This document shows, one piece after another, positions 1 to 10,991 of a DNA stretch of 40,462 bases. A model generated the notes under the pieces. That model did not search any database. It was not told the DNA's origin and saw only the letters and a program-made list of their open reading frames with translations. The translations under genes and the position numbers were made by a program. The stretch's first letter is position 1. Each line of letters begins with the position of its first letter. This DNA comes from Candidatus Planktophila sp. (GTDB lineage Bacteria > Actinomycetota > Actinomycetes > Nanopelagicales > Nanopelagicaceae): contig JBJTKU010000086.1 of NCBI GenBank assembly GCA_046096605.1, positions 1 to 40,462 on the forward strand, in the 5' to 3' direction.

Positions 1-601
1 GCGCTTTGGCAGTTTGCTTTACATCATCCTCGGTATAACGATTTACGCCGAGGATAAATAGCTCCATTAATTCTCTAGAGAGATTCTCGTTTGGAGCCAT
101 CGATGTGTTCTTCTGACCATCAAGCCAATAGATAAGCGCACCATCGAGAACCATCGCTTTGGCCATTTCACGGAAATTTCCCAGAGCACTTTTCCGCAAG
201 GTATCAACATGATGAAACATGACTATTGGCTCATCAACTTTTGCATATGAAGTAGCCCAATGTCCATGCCAAAACCATGTCATTCGCTCTGTGATTGGAT
301 TTTCCTGAGTGACCACTTCATCTAGCCACCAAAGTGTCATAGTTCTTAATTGAAAACGTTTCTGCTCAACGTAATCGACAATTTCGGGAGTATTTGGACG
401 AGGTTGGTTGCCAAGATCTTTAAGACCAAGAGTTTGGACGAGATCACCAGAGTTCGACACGGGTGGCGTCAGCAAGAATTGAGCTGTCCGAGAAAATCCC
501 AACGAGAGTAGCTCTTCGAATTCACCCGGCTTTGGACCAAACCCAATCCGATGACTCAGTCGAGCGAGGTTGCGCCGCTCCTCAATACTGACCGGCGCCA
601 T
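1..601 (-). CDS. DUF1800 family protein (5' part; runs off the window edge)
   Basis: Not in the ORF track. My translation from ATG 601 is open to position 1: [27 protein letters not shown]...LWWLDEVV...[14 protein letters not shown]...[10 protein letters not shown]...[26 protein letters not shown]. These are typical DUF1800 motifs (R.GFG, E....FWH.H.ATS, NEN..RE.MELF.LG). Confidence 0.88.
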   Translation of the reverse strand, partial: MAPVSIEERRNLARLSHRIGFGPKPGEFEELLSLGFSRTAQFLLTPPVSNSGDLVQTLGLKDLGNQPRPNTPEIVDYVEQKRFQLRTMTLWWLDEVVTQENPITERMTWFWHGHWATSYAKVDEPIVMFHHVDTLRKSALGNFREMAKAMVLDGALIYWLDGQKNTSMAPNENLSRELMELFILGVNRYTEDDVKQTAKA

Positions 602-658
602 GGCAGGACGGTAGAGGTAGCCACCTGCCGCTGTCCCTTTTCCAGCCTGTGAGGTTGC

Positions 659-700
659 CTGATTTGAGGGAGGGATAACGCTGATTTGAGGGCGGGAATA
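659..700. repeat. Tandem direct repeat, 22-bp period (CTGATTTGAGGG x2)
   Basis: CTGATTTGAGGG at 659-670 and 681-692, followed by AGGGATAA and CGGGAATA respectively. Confidence 0.85.
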
Positions 701-721
701 CTCCGGCCTAGGCTTGGCGTT
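695..721 (+). promoter_or_regulatory. SigR/SigH-type ECF promoter for groEL
   Basis: GGAAT (695-699), 19-nt spacer, GTT (719-721). Matches the actinobacterial GGAAY-N18/19-GTT consensus. Confidence 0.6.
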
Positions 722-746
722 AGCACTCGCCGGGCGAGAGTGATAA
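720..746 (+). promoter_or_regulatory. CIRCE element (HrcA operator)
   Basis: TTAGCACTC-gccgggcga-GAGTGATAA: one mismatch to TTAGCACTC-N9-GAGTGCTAA, ending 42 bp upstream of groEL. Confidence 0.93.
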
Positions 747-2411
<1,665 letters not shown>

Positions 2412-2436
2412 TCTAAATCCCGTATAGGCATTAGAC

Positions 2437-2476
2437 GAACAGGCTCGCGATTAACGTCGCGGGCCTGTTCTGCTTT
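2437..2476 (+). terminator. Stem-loop terminator after groEL
   Basis: GAACAGGCTCGCGA-ttaacg-TCGCGGGCCTGTTC (14-bp stem with one G-U) followed by TGCTTT. Confidence 0.8.
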
Positions 2477-2487
2477 ACCCTTAGCCC

Positions 2488-3153
2488 ATGAACACATCAG
2501 CCCAAGAGATCGCACGCAATGCCGCGACCGCCGATGCCGAAAAGCCTTCACAGGTTGGCGCGTTTATCTCAGTTGATGTCGATCGCGAAAATCGCGTCTC
2601 CACCTTTCTCTTCGAGGCAGATTTAGCTGGTTATAAAGGATGGCGTTGGTGCGTCACTGTTGCCGAAGTTGAAGATGGTGCAACACCAACTATTTGTGAT
2701 GTTGTGGTTATCCCAGGACCGGAATCACTTCTGGCACCCGAGTGGATTGAATACCGTGATCGCATTCTGCCTGAAGATATTCAGCCTGGAGTTATTGTTC
2801 CAAGTATTCTCGATGACACACGTTTAGCTCCTGGTCTGCACTCATTAATTCAGGATGAAGATTTAGATCCATCGCAGGTATTTGATTTAGGTTTATCTCG
2901 TGCACGTGTACTTTCGATTGAAGGTCGTGATCAAGCAAGTAAGCGTTGGTATGCATCTGATCGTGGACCCACTGCTCCGATTGCGCAGAGTGCACCGAAG
3001 CCTTGCCAAACATGTGGATTCTTCTTACCTATCGCAGGTTCTTTGCGCGCATCCTTTGGCGTCTGCGCTAATGCAATTGCACCAGATGATGCACGCGTAG
3101 TTTCAGTCGATCACGGCTGTGGTGCGCATAGCGAGGCCACGCTTAACTCTTAA
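2488..3153 (+). CDS. DUF3027 domain protein
   Basis: GYKGWRWCVTV, LLAPEWIEY.DRI.P.D and C-terminal CxxCGF...FGVCAN...DHGCGAHSE; leaderless -10 TACCCT at 2476-2481. Confidence 0.88.
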   Translation: MNTSAQEIARNAATADAEKPSQVGAFISVDVDRENRVSTFLFEADLAGYKGWRWCVTVAEVEDGATPTICDVVVIPGPESLLAPEWIEYRDRILPEDIQPGVIVPSILDDTRLAPGLHSLIQDEDLDPSQVFDLGLSRARVLSIEGRDQASKRWYASDRGPTAPIAQSAPKPCQTCGFFLPIAGSLRASFGVCANAIAPDDARVVSVDHGCGAHSEATLNS

Positions 3154-3241
3154 TCGCCCCCAAATACTGGGTAGCAGGCCACCATTATCCTGCGATAAAC
3201 TTACGCCCCTTCCCTATAAGCACGACATCAAGGAGTCTCCA

Positions 3242-3625
3242 ATGCCTACAGGCCGCGTTAAATGGTTTAGCCTCGAAAAGGGTTTTGGTTTTATCGCATC
3301 CGATGAGGGTGAAGATGTCTACCTGGCAGCAACTGCCCTTCCTGAGGGCGTTGCAACTGTAAAGCCTGGAACAAAGCTTGAGTTTTCAGTGATTGATTCT
3401 CGTAAGGGGCCACAGGCAATGTCGGTGCATATTGTTGATGCACCAGTATCTTTGGCTGAAAATTCACGTACTAACAATGATGATCTTGCAGCGATGATTG
3501 AAGACACCATCAAGATTTTGGATAAGGTCGGTAACGGACTTCGCCACGGTCGCCATCCATCAGGTCCTGAAGCAGAGCGCCTTGGTCGCGTGCTTCGCGG
3601 TATTGCAAGCCAACTCGAAGCTTAA
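3242..3625 (+). CDS. Cold-shock domain protein with actinobacterial C-terminal extension (CspB-like)
   Basis: MPTGRVKWFSLEKGFGFI (RNP1). An AGGAG RBS supports ATG 3242 rather than the ORF-track start at 3119. Confidence 0.92.
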   Translation: MPTGRVKWFSLEKGFGFIASDEGEDVYLAATALPEGVATVKPGTKLEFSVIDSRKGPQAMSVHIVDAPVSLAENSRTNNDDLAAMIEDTIKILDKVGNGLRHGRHPSGPEAERLGRVLRGIASQLEA

Positions 3626-3816
3626 ATTCCGCTTCGGCGATCTCTGCGGATCGAATAACGAATACCTGTAACTCCTAAGAGCGCGCCCACTACGCATGTC
3701 CAGATGTATTTGGATTCTGCTTCGAGGGTGATGGCAACCATTCCTGCAATCAACCAAGCAATAGTTCCGATTGCTACGAGGATTACAACAGTTTTAATCG
3801 GTGAGACTGGTGACAT
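3622..3816 (-). CDS. Small two-TM membrane protein, DUF2530 family
   Basis: From ATG 3816: GTIAWLIA...WTCVVGALLGVTG..Y..RR. The neighbourhood matches the actinobacterial csp/DUF3027/DUF2530 region. Confidence 0.75.
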   Translation of the reverse strand: MSPVSPIKTVVILVAIGTIAWLIAGMVAITLEAESKYIWTCVVGALLGVTGIRYSIRRDRRSGI

Positions 3817-3834
3817 GGGTCTATAGTAATGCGA
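3817..3834. promoter_or_regulatory. Bidirectional leaderless promoter (overlapping -10 boxes)
   Basis: TATAGT (+, 3822-3827) lies 7 nt before ATG 3835; TACTAT (-, 3828-3823) lies 6 nt before ATG 3816. Confidence 0.7.
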
Positions 3835-5103
3835 ATGCGAGTGGATGAGAACGGTAATTGGCGCTCTTTCCGCCATCGAAATTACCGAATTCTCTTTCCC
3901 GCAAATGCTGTTTCAAATATTGGTTCATGGGGACAGCGCATCGCTCAGGATTGGCTTGTGCTTGAACTAACCAATAACAATGGTTACTACCTCGGCCTTG
4001 TCACCGCTATTCAATTTGCTCCATTTCTTCTCTTCACTCTTCATGGAGGGCTACTTGCAGATCGAGTCAACAAACGTATGGCTCTTGTCGTGACAAATAC
4101 TTTTGGTGGACTATCAGCACTTGCTCTCGGTGTTTTAGTAATCATTGGAAAGGTTGAGTTGTGGCATGTGTTTGTCTGTGCAGCCGTTCTTGGAATTTCT
4201 GGTGCAATCGATTCACCGATACGACAATCTTTTACCTCCGAAATTGTCGGTCATTCAGATCTTGCAAATGCAGTCAGCTTAAATTCTGCAAACTTTAATG
4301 CTGGGCGTTTAATTGGCCCGGCAATATCAGGTTTTCTTATCGCACATTACGGCACTGGACCTTCATTTATTATCAATGCGGCTAGCTATGTTGCAGTCAA
4401 TATAGCCTTACTTTCGATGCGCGATTCTGAGTTCTTTTACCGTGAAGCTAAAAAAACTCTTGGCACCATCCGAGAGGGCTTTGCCTACGTCAAAGCTCGC
4501 CCAGATCTCTATGTAGTGATGATCGCAGTATTCTTTGCCGCAACATTTGGTCTTAACTTCCAGATTTTTAATGCACTGATGGCGCGTGGTGAATTCAATA
4601 AGGGAGCTGCATCCTTCGGATTACTCGGAACTTTCATCGCAGTTGGTTCACTCAGTGGAGCTCTCGTAAGTGCTCGCTTAGAGAAAAAGCGCAATACGAT
4701 GTTTGTTATTCGAATGGGTACTCTCTTTTCGATGGTAGTGATGGCACTTTCTATTATGCCCACCTACACCGTCTATGCGATCTGGCTTCCGTTGTGCGGA
4801 TTTACAGCCCTCACCATGTTGATAACAGCAAACTCATTGATGCAGATGCACTCAGATCCTGCAATCCGAGGTCGAATTACCGGGATCTATCTCTTGATCT
4901 TTATGGGCGGAACACCTTTTGGTTCACTTGCTATCGGTTATCTTGTAGAAGTAATCGGTGTGCGCGAGAGTGTTGCTGTCTGTGGCGGAATTTCTTTAAT
5001 TGGAATGATCGCGATCTGGATATATTACAAAGATAAGGTGAAGGTACCGAGCGACATCAGCGTAGAAGGCGTGCTACCTGCCGGATATGACGATCCACGC
5101 TAA
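3835..5103 (+). CDS. MFS transporter (EntS/DUF894-like)
   Basis: About 12 hydrophobic segments, SNIGSWGQRIAQDWLV, GGLLADR motif A, NAVSLNS..FN..RLIGPA. Start is 3835 or 3829. Confidence 0.9.
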   Translation: MRVDENGNWRSFRHRNYRILFPANAVSNIGSWGQRIAQDWLVLELTNNNGYYLGLVTAIQFAPFLLFTLHGGLLADRVNKRMALVVTNTFGGLSALALGVLVIIGKVELWHVFVCAAVLGISGAIDSPIRQSFTSEIVGHSDLANAVSLNSANFNAGRLIGPAISGFLIAHYGTGPSFIINAASYVAVNIALLSMRDSEFFYREAKKTLGTIREGFAYVKARPDLYVVMIAVFFAATFGLNFQIFNALMARGEFNKGAASFGLLGTFIAVGSLSGALVSARLEKKRNTMFVIRMGTLFSMVVMALSIMPTYTVYAIWLPLCGFTALTMLITANSLMQMHSDPAIRGRITGIYLLIFMGGTPFGSLAIGYLVEVIGVRESVAVCGGISLIGMIAIWIYYKDKVKVPSDISVEGVLPAGYDDPR

Positions 5104-5150
5104 GAGCACAATCACCGTAACTAGCGAGATGATTCTTCGACTTTTGTAAC

Positions 5151-6335
5151 TCACTCTAAAATCCCTTCAGCCTCGTGGACTTTCTTCTGCGATACATGTG
5201 TGGGGATCGCAAGAACAACAATAAATGCGATGGCGATAAGTATTGGCACCATGATGTAAGCGCGAGAAATACCGAATGCATCATCAAGAAGTCCAAGTGC
5301 AAATGGAGCAAGAGCGATGGCGATACCTGCAGCCAGTGAGCTTAGGCCAATAGCTTGATCCGGGCGCCCATGGCTGAGATAGATCAGTCGTAGTGATGCC
5401 AGCGCAAACTGCGTTGAAAGACCTAAACCAATGAGGAAGAGACCTATGATGCTTACGACGAAAATATGCGAGAACCAGAAGATGGCAAAGCCCACGAATT
5501 GAATTCCGATTACGGTGAGAAGTTGCTGATCAAGTTTGAAGTTAAAGAGGATGTGACCCATATACCAGCGACCAAGTGCCATGCCGATTCCGTAAGCGAA
5601 CATGATTGTTGTCGCTACACCTGCACTTCCTCCGACACGATCTTTAAAGAGTGATGCTGCCCAAAAAGATGTGGCGAATTCGCTACCGATACATGCGATG
5701 AAACCGATCCATGAAATCCAGAACTTAAGCGACATCTTTCCGCTCTGTCGCCTTCCTTCTTCAAAAACTACATCTATATAATTCTTATCGCGGATAAAGA
5801 GATATATAAAAAGACTTAGCGGAACAATAAGGAATAAACCAAGACGCCACTTATCTGGATAGTTTGTAGCAATAGTCCCGATTATTAGCGTTCCGGCGAT
5901 AAAACCTACTGATGCAACGGCATTTGCCTGCGAAATTGTGAGCGCTGCCTTATCACCTGCATGGTGGTTGAGCAGTGTTAAACCGTTATTTACGACGGTA
6001 GACGTTCCAAAACCTGCAATTAAAATAGAGAGCAGGGTGGTGGGATAAGTTGGGAAAAGAATAAATGCGCTTAGCCCTAAACAGAAGAGTGCTAGACCAA
6101 GCCATGAAAGTTTGACTCGACCATAGCGGTGAGCCAGGCGAGAATTAAAGGCTCCGGCAACAATTGCTGCGATACCCATTGCGGTTCCGTGTAGACCAGC
6201 TTGGGCACCGGTTGTGCCTTGATCAACACGGAGCAAGCCTTGTGATGGACCAAATCCGCCCAAGAACATATTGATGGCAACGGTCTGAAAGGAAACCTGC
6301 CAGAACAAACGATCGCGGACGACGCTACGTGGCAT
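5151..6335 (-). CDS. MFS transporter
   Basis: 394 aa with about 12 TM segments and an RLAHRYGR loop motif; starts 3 bp after the serC stop. Confidence 0.85.
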   Translation of the reverse strand: MPRSVVRDRLFWQVSFQTVAINMFLGGFGPSQGLLRVDQGTTGAQAGLHGTAMGIAAIVAGAFNSRLAHRYGRVKLSWLGLALFCLGLSAFILFPTYPTTLLSILIAGFGTSTVVNNGLTLLNHHAGDKAALTISQANAVASVGFIAGTLIIGTIATNYPDKWRLGLFLIVPLSLFIYLFIRDKNYIDVVFEEGRRQSGKMSLKFWISWIGFIACIGSEFATSFWAASLFKDRVGGSAGVATTIMFAYGIGMALGRWYMGHILFNFKLDQQLLTVIGIQFVGFAIFWFSHIFVVSIIGLFLIGLGLSTQFALASLRLIYLSHGRPDQAIGLSSLAAGIAIALAPFALGLLDDAFGISRAYIMVPILIAIAFIVVLAIPTHVSQKKVHEAEGILE

Positions 6336-6338
6336 TGT

Positions 6339-7466
<1,128 letters not shown>

Positions 7467-8141
7467 CTACGGGTAGTACCGGGTCAGTACGAACTCAGAA
7501 TCAGTGCTCTGCCTCTCAAAACGAAGGCGATCATGCAGGCGCGAGTAACGACCCTGCCAGAACTCGATGGAAAGTGGGAGCACGCGATATCCACCCCAAT
7601 GCGCCGGACGCGTAACGGTTGAGCCCTCAGGCCATTTGGCACTTGCACCAGCAAAGCGACTCTCTAACTGTTCTCGCGATTCCAAAGGTTGAGATTGCGC
7701 ACTGGCCCATGCCCCAATCTGACTCGACCATGGTCTAGTTGCAAAGTATTTGTCTGATTGGCTCTCAGAAATTTTTGCAATGGTTCCAGAGATACTTACC
7801 TGTCGTTCCATTGCATACCAAGGAAATAAGAGACTTACGCGATCATTAATTTCGATAGCGTGTGCTTTCCGTGATTGGTAATTGGTAAAGAAGGTAAAGC
7901 CACCTTCGGAGATATCTTTCAGTAGAACGGTGCGCGAGGTCAGCTCATCATTGCCGCCGAGAGTCGATAAGACCATTGCATTTGCTTCGACGATGTATTC
8001 GTTGGCTGCAGCTTCTTGCAACCATTGATGAAAGGCTCGAAAAGGGTCAACTGGAAGTTTCTCCAATCCGGCATCGCCATAGGAACGCCGCATCGCGCGG
8101 ATGGCATCTCGGGTCAGGCTTTGATCGGGCTTTTCGCTCAT
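7467..8141 (-). CDS. pdxH: Pyridoxine/pyridoxamine 5'-phosphate oxidase
   Basis: RTVLLK, FFTNYQSRK, SQIGAWASAQS, EFWQGRYSRLHDR; likely start MSEKPD at 8141. Confidence 0.95.
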   Translation of the reverse strand: MSEKPDQSLTRDAIRAMRRSYGDAGLEKLPVDPFRAFHQWLQEAAANEYIVEANAMVLSTLGGNDELTSRTVLLKDISEGGFTFFTNYQSRKAHAIEINDRVSLLFPWYAMERQVSISGTIAKISESQSDKYFATRPWSSQIGAWASAQSQPLESREQLESRFAGASAKWPEGSTVTRPAHWGGYRVLPLSIEFWQGRYSRLHDRLRFERQSTDSEFVLTRYYP

Positions 8142-8273
8142 GTCTGTATCTAACGTCACTTTCGCTCCCGCGTCATCTCGACGTTGGGATGGTCGCGCGC
8201 ACCCCTGTTTCGGGTGCAGAATTGGCGCCATAAGCGAATGCGCCGGGACTGGCGCCAGACAGGAGCTCTCACC

Positions 8274-9389
8274 GTGTCAGATGATTTCAAGCCAGGACTC
8301 GAAGGCGTCATTGCATTTGAATCAGAGATTGCTGAACCAGATAAAGAAGGTAGCGCTCTGCGTTATCGCGGTGTAGATATTGAAGACCTCGTAGGTCGCG
8401 TCTCATTCGGAAACGTATGGGGACTTCTTGTTGATGATCAATTCAACCCAGGTCTACCAAATGCTGAACCATTCCCACTTCCTGTTCACTCAGGTGATGT
8501 TCGCGTTGATGTGCAATCTGCAATCGCAATGCTTGCACCTGCATGGGGCTTTAAGCCAACACTAGATATTTCAGATGAAGAGATTCGCAGCAACCTAGCT
8601 CGCGCATCTGTCATGGTTCTTTCATACCTTGCACAAGCTGCTCGTGGAATCGTTGCTGCACCAGTTCCAGAGTCAGAGATCGATAAGGCACACACTGTTG
8701 TTGAGCGAATGATGATCCGCTGGCGCGGAGAGCCTGATCCACTTCATGTTCGTGCAATCGATGCATATTTTGTTTCTGCCGCAGAGCACGGAATGAATGC
8801 ATCAACATTTACCGCTCGCGTTATTGCATCAACTGGTGCAGATGTTGCAGCAGCACTCTCTGGTGCAATCGGTGCGATGTCAGGTCCACTTCATGGTGGT
8901 GCACCTTCACGTGTTCTTCACATGATTGAAGAAGTTGAGAAGACAGGTAACGCCGAGGCATATGTTAAAGATTTACTCGATCGCAAAGAGCGCTTGATGG
9001 GATTTGGTCACCGCGTCTACCGTGCAGAAGATCCACGCGCTCGCACCTTACGTCGCACTGCTAAGGAACTTAATGCACCACGTTACGAAGTTGCAGAGGC
9101 CCTTGAAAAGGCAGCCCTCAAGGAACTTCGCGAACGTCAACCTGATCGCGTTCTTGAAACCAACGTTGAATTTTGGGCTGCAATTATTTTGGATTTTGCA
9201 GAAGTTCCAGCACCACTCTTTACATCGATGTTTACAGCTGCGCGCACTGCAGGTTGGTCTGCACACATCCTCGAGCAGAAGCGCACCGGTCGTGTGTTTC
9301 GTCCTTCAGCACGCGATGTCGGAAAGGCTCCTCGTAGGCCTGAAGATGTCACCGGCTGGGATGCAACTGTCGAACAGCTTCACAAGTAA
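8274..9389 (+). CDS. citA: Citrate synthase 2 (actinobacterial CitA)
   Basis: FKPGLEGV, AEHGMNASTF, GPLHGGA, MGFGHRVY, NVEF. An AGGAG RBS precedes GTG 8274. Confidence 0.93.
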   Translation: MSDDFKPGLEGVIAFESEIAEPDKEGSALRYRGVDIEDLVGRVSFGNVWGLLVDDQFNPGLPNAEPFPLPVHSGDVRVDVQSAIAMLAPAWGFKPTLDISDEEIRSNLARASVMVLSYLAQAARGIVAAPVPESEIDKAHTVVERMMIRWRGEPDPLHVRAIDAYFVSAAEHGMNASTFTARVIASTGADVAAALSGAIGAMSGPLHGGAPSRVLHMIEEVEKTGNAEAYVKDLLDRKERLMGFGHRVYRAEDPRARTLRRTAKELNAPRYEVAEALEKAALKELRERQPDRVLETNVEFWAAIILDFAEVPAPLFTSMFTAARTAGWSAHILEQKRTGRVFRPSARDVGKAPRRPEDVTGWDATVEQLHK

Positions 9390-9592
9390 TCCCTGGTTGC
9401 GCGTCCTGGGAGAGACCCATGAAAATGGCTCTGTAAACGACCATTTTTATAACGATTTAATAAATGTGGCTTTCTACCCCTCGTATTTCTCACGCGTCTG
9501 TTGCCTTCGCACTTAATTAGAGGTGAGATATGGCTACTCGGAAACCTGTATTTCCAAAAAGAGGCTTCCAGAACTTAAAGGAGAATAATTAA

Positions 9593-10852
9593 GTGAAGAA
9601 CAGACTAGTTAAGGGTCTTGCTCTTGCTGCAACAGTGTCATTGGCCGTTGGCCTGACAGTGGTTCCTGCACAAGCCGCAAGTGAAATTCTTATTTGGGCC
9701 GATGAAACTCGCGGGCCAAACTTAACAAAAGTTTTTGCAAAGAAAGGTGACTGGGTTCCAGGAAGCACCATCAAGGTTGTATCTTTTTCAAGCTACGATG
9801 CATTGAAAGACGCACTTGACAAGGCATCTGGCACAACAGGACCAGATATTTTCGTCGCAGGTAACGACTGGGTTCCAGCACTAGCGAAGAGCGGAAAGCT
9901 CGCTCCTATCGTTTTAACTGCTGCGCAAAAAGCACAGTTCACCCCAAGCCAATTCTTTGACCTTTCATACGGTGGAAAACTTTATGGTGTTCCAGTGGAT
10001 GTGAACAATGTCGGAATGGTTTACAACACAAAGATCGTAAAGACGGCACCAAAGTCATACGGTGACATGGTTAAGTTCTACTTAGACAACAAGAAAAAGC
10101 TAGGACTTAAGGCTGGACTTTGCGTTGCCGGTGGAGGAATGTCTTGGGGAGGTCTCTCAGGATTCTCAGCACTTGGCGCAGAGCCATACATCATGAATGC
10201 TGATGGAAGCGTTAACTTCACTAAGAGCTTTGATCCAGCAGCATTTGCGAAGAATGTAAAGACATACTTGCTAGATAAGAATGGCAAGAGCAACGGCTTC
10301 TACCCAGCAACTGATACTGGTTGCCAGGATAACTATCTAGCCGGCAAGGTTCCATTTGCCATTATTGGTAACTGGCACTGGCGCACATTCGCAGAGGCTG
10401 GCTTTGATATGAACATTCAGCCTGTACCAGGCGTAAAGCCAGGAACTTACGGCAAGATGTTTGGATCAGTTAGCGGTGCATTCCTCACTTCCTATGCAGA
10501 AGCACACGGAGTGGCTGTACCAGCTAAGTCACTTCTTACGAGCTTCTTTGCATCGACGAAGGGTCAAGTTGCCTATCAAGCAGAAGAAGGTCGTCCACCA
10601 GCCGAGAAGGGTGCTCAGAAGAGCCAGCTCGTACTCGGTGGTCAGAAGGCCATGGGAGCTGCAGCAGGTCTCTCCTCTATCCCACAGATTGGTGCGTTCT
10701 TAAACACTAACGCTGGCGGGGCAAATTACTGGGATTCCGCTCCAGCTTATTGGACGGCAGTCTTGGTAGATGGAAAGGATCCACTTGCAGAGGCTAAGAA
10801 GCTTGCTGCCATTTGGAAGGCCAACGTTGCAGCAGGAAAGGCTGATCTTTAA
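9593..10852 (+). CDS. malE: Maltose/maltodextrin ABC transporter substrate-binding protein
   Basis: Signal peptide ending AQA; GPDIFVAGNDW and LYGVP...MVYN motifs of SBP family 1; strong AAAGGAG RBS; first gene of the malF/malG/GH13 cluster. Confidence 0.85.
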   Translation: MKNRLVKGLALAATVSLAVGLTVVPAQAASEILIWADETRGPNLTKVFAKKGDWVPGSTIKVVSFSSYDALKDALDKASGTTGPDIFVAGNDWVPALAKSGKLAPIVLTAAQKAQFTPSQFFDLSYGGKLYGVPVDVNNVGMVYNTKIVKTAPKSYGDMVKFYLDNKKKLGLKAGLCVAGGGMSWGGLSGFSALGAEPYIMNADGSVNFTKSFDPAAFAKNVKTYLLDKNGKSNGFYPATDTGCQDNYLAGKVPFAIIGNWHWRTFAEAGFDMNIQPVPGVKPGTYGKMFGSVSGAFLTSYAEAHGVAVPAKSLLTSFFASTKGQVAYQAEEGRPPAEKGAQKSQLVLGGQKAMGAAAGLSSIPQIGAFLNTNAGGANYWDSAPAYWTAVLVDGKDPLAEAKKLAAIWKANVAAGKADL

Positions 10853-10909
10853 GAGATCTTTCTTAAAGAACGAAAGTTAGAAGTTATAACTTTCACAGTC
10901 TAAGAGTTC

Positions 10910-10952
10910 AGTAGCGTGGGCGGTATCGAATCCCGCCCACGCTACTAATTTC
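10910..10952 (+). terminator. Intercistronic stem-loop after malE (partial terminator or mRNA stabiliser)
   Basis: Perfect 14-bp stem AGTAGCGTGGGCGG / CCGCCCACGCTACT followed by AATTT. Confidence 0.8.
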
Positions 10953-10991
10953 ACATTCTGCAAAATAAAATTATTAGGAAGCGGTAAAAAA

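Noticed and set aside
659-700. Possible HAIR (HspR) operator from the TTGAG half-sites
   Set aside because: Both copies are in direct orientation; the inverted ACTCAAG half-site is absent.
9004-9516. 170-aa alternate-frame ORF overlapping the citA 3' end
   Set aside because: Mostly overlaps citA out of frame, has no RBS or motif, and runs through putative regulatory hairpins.
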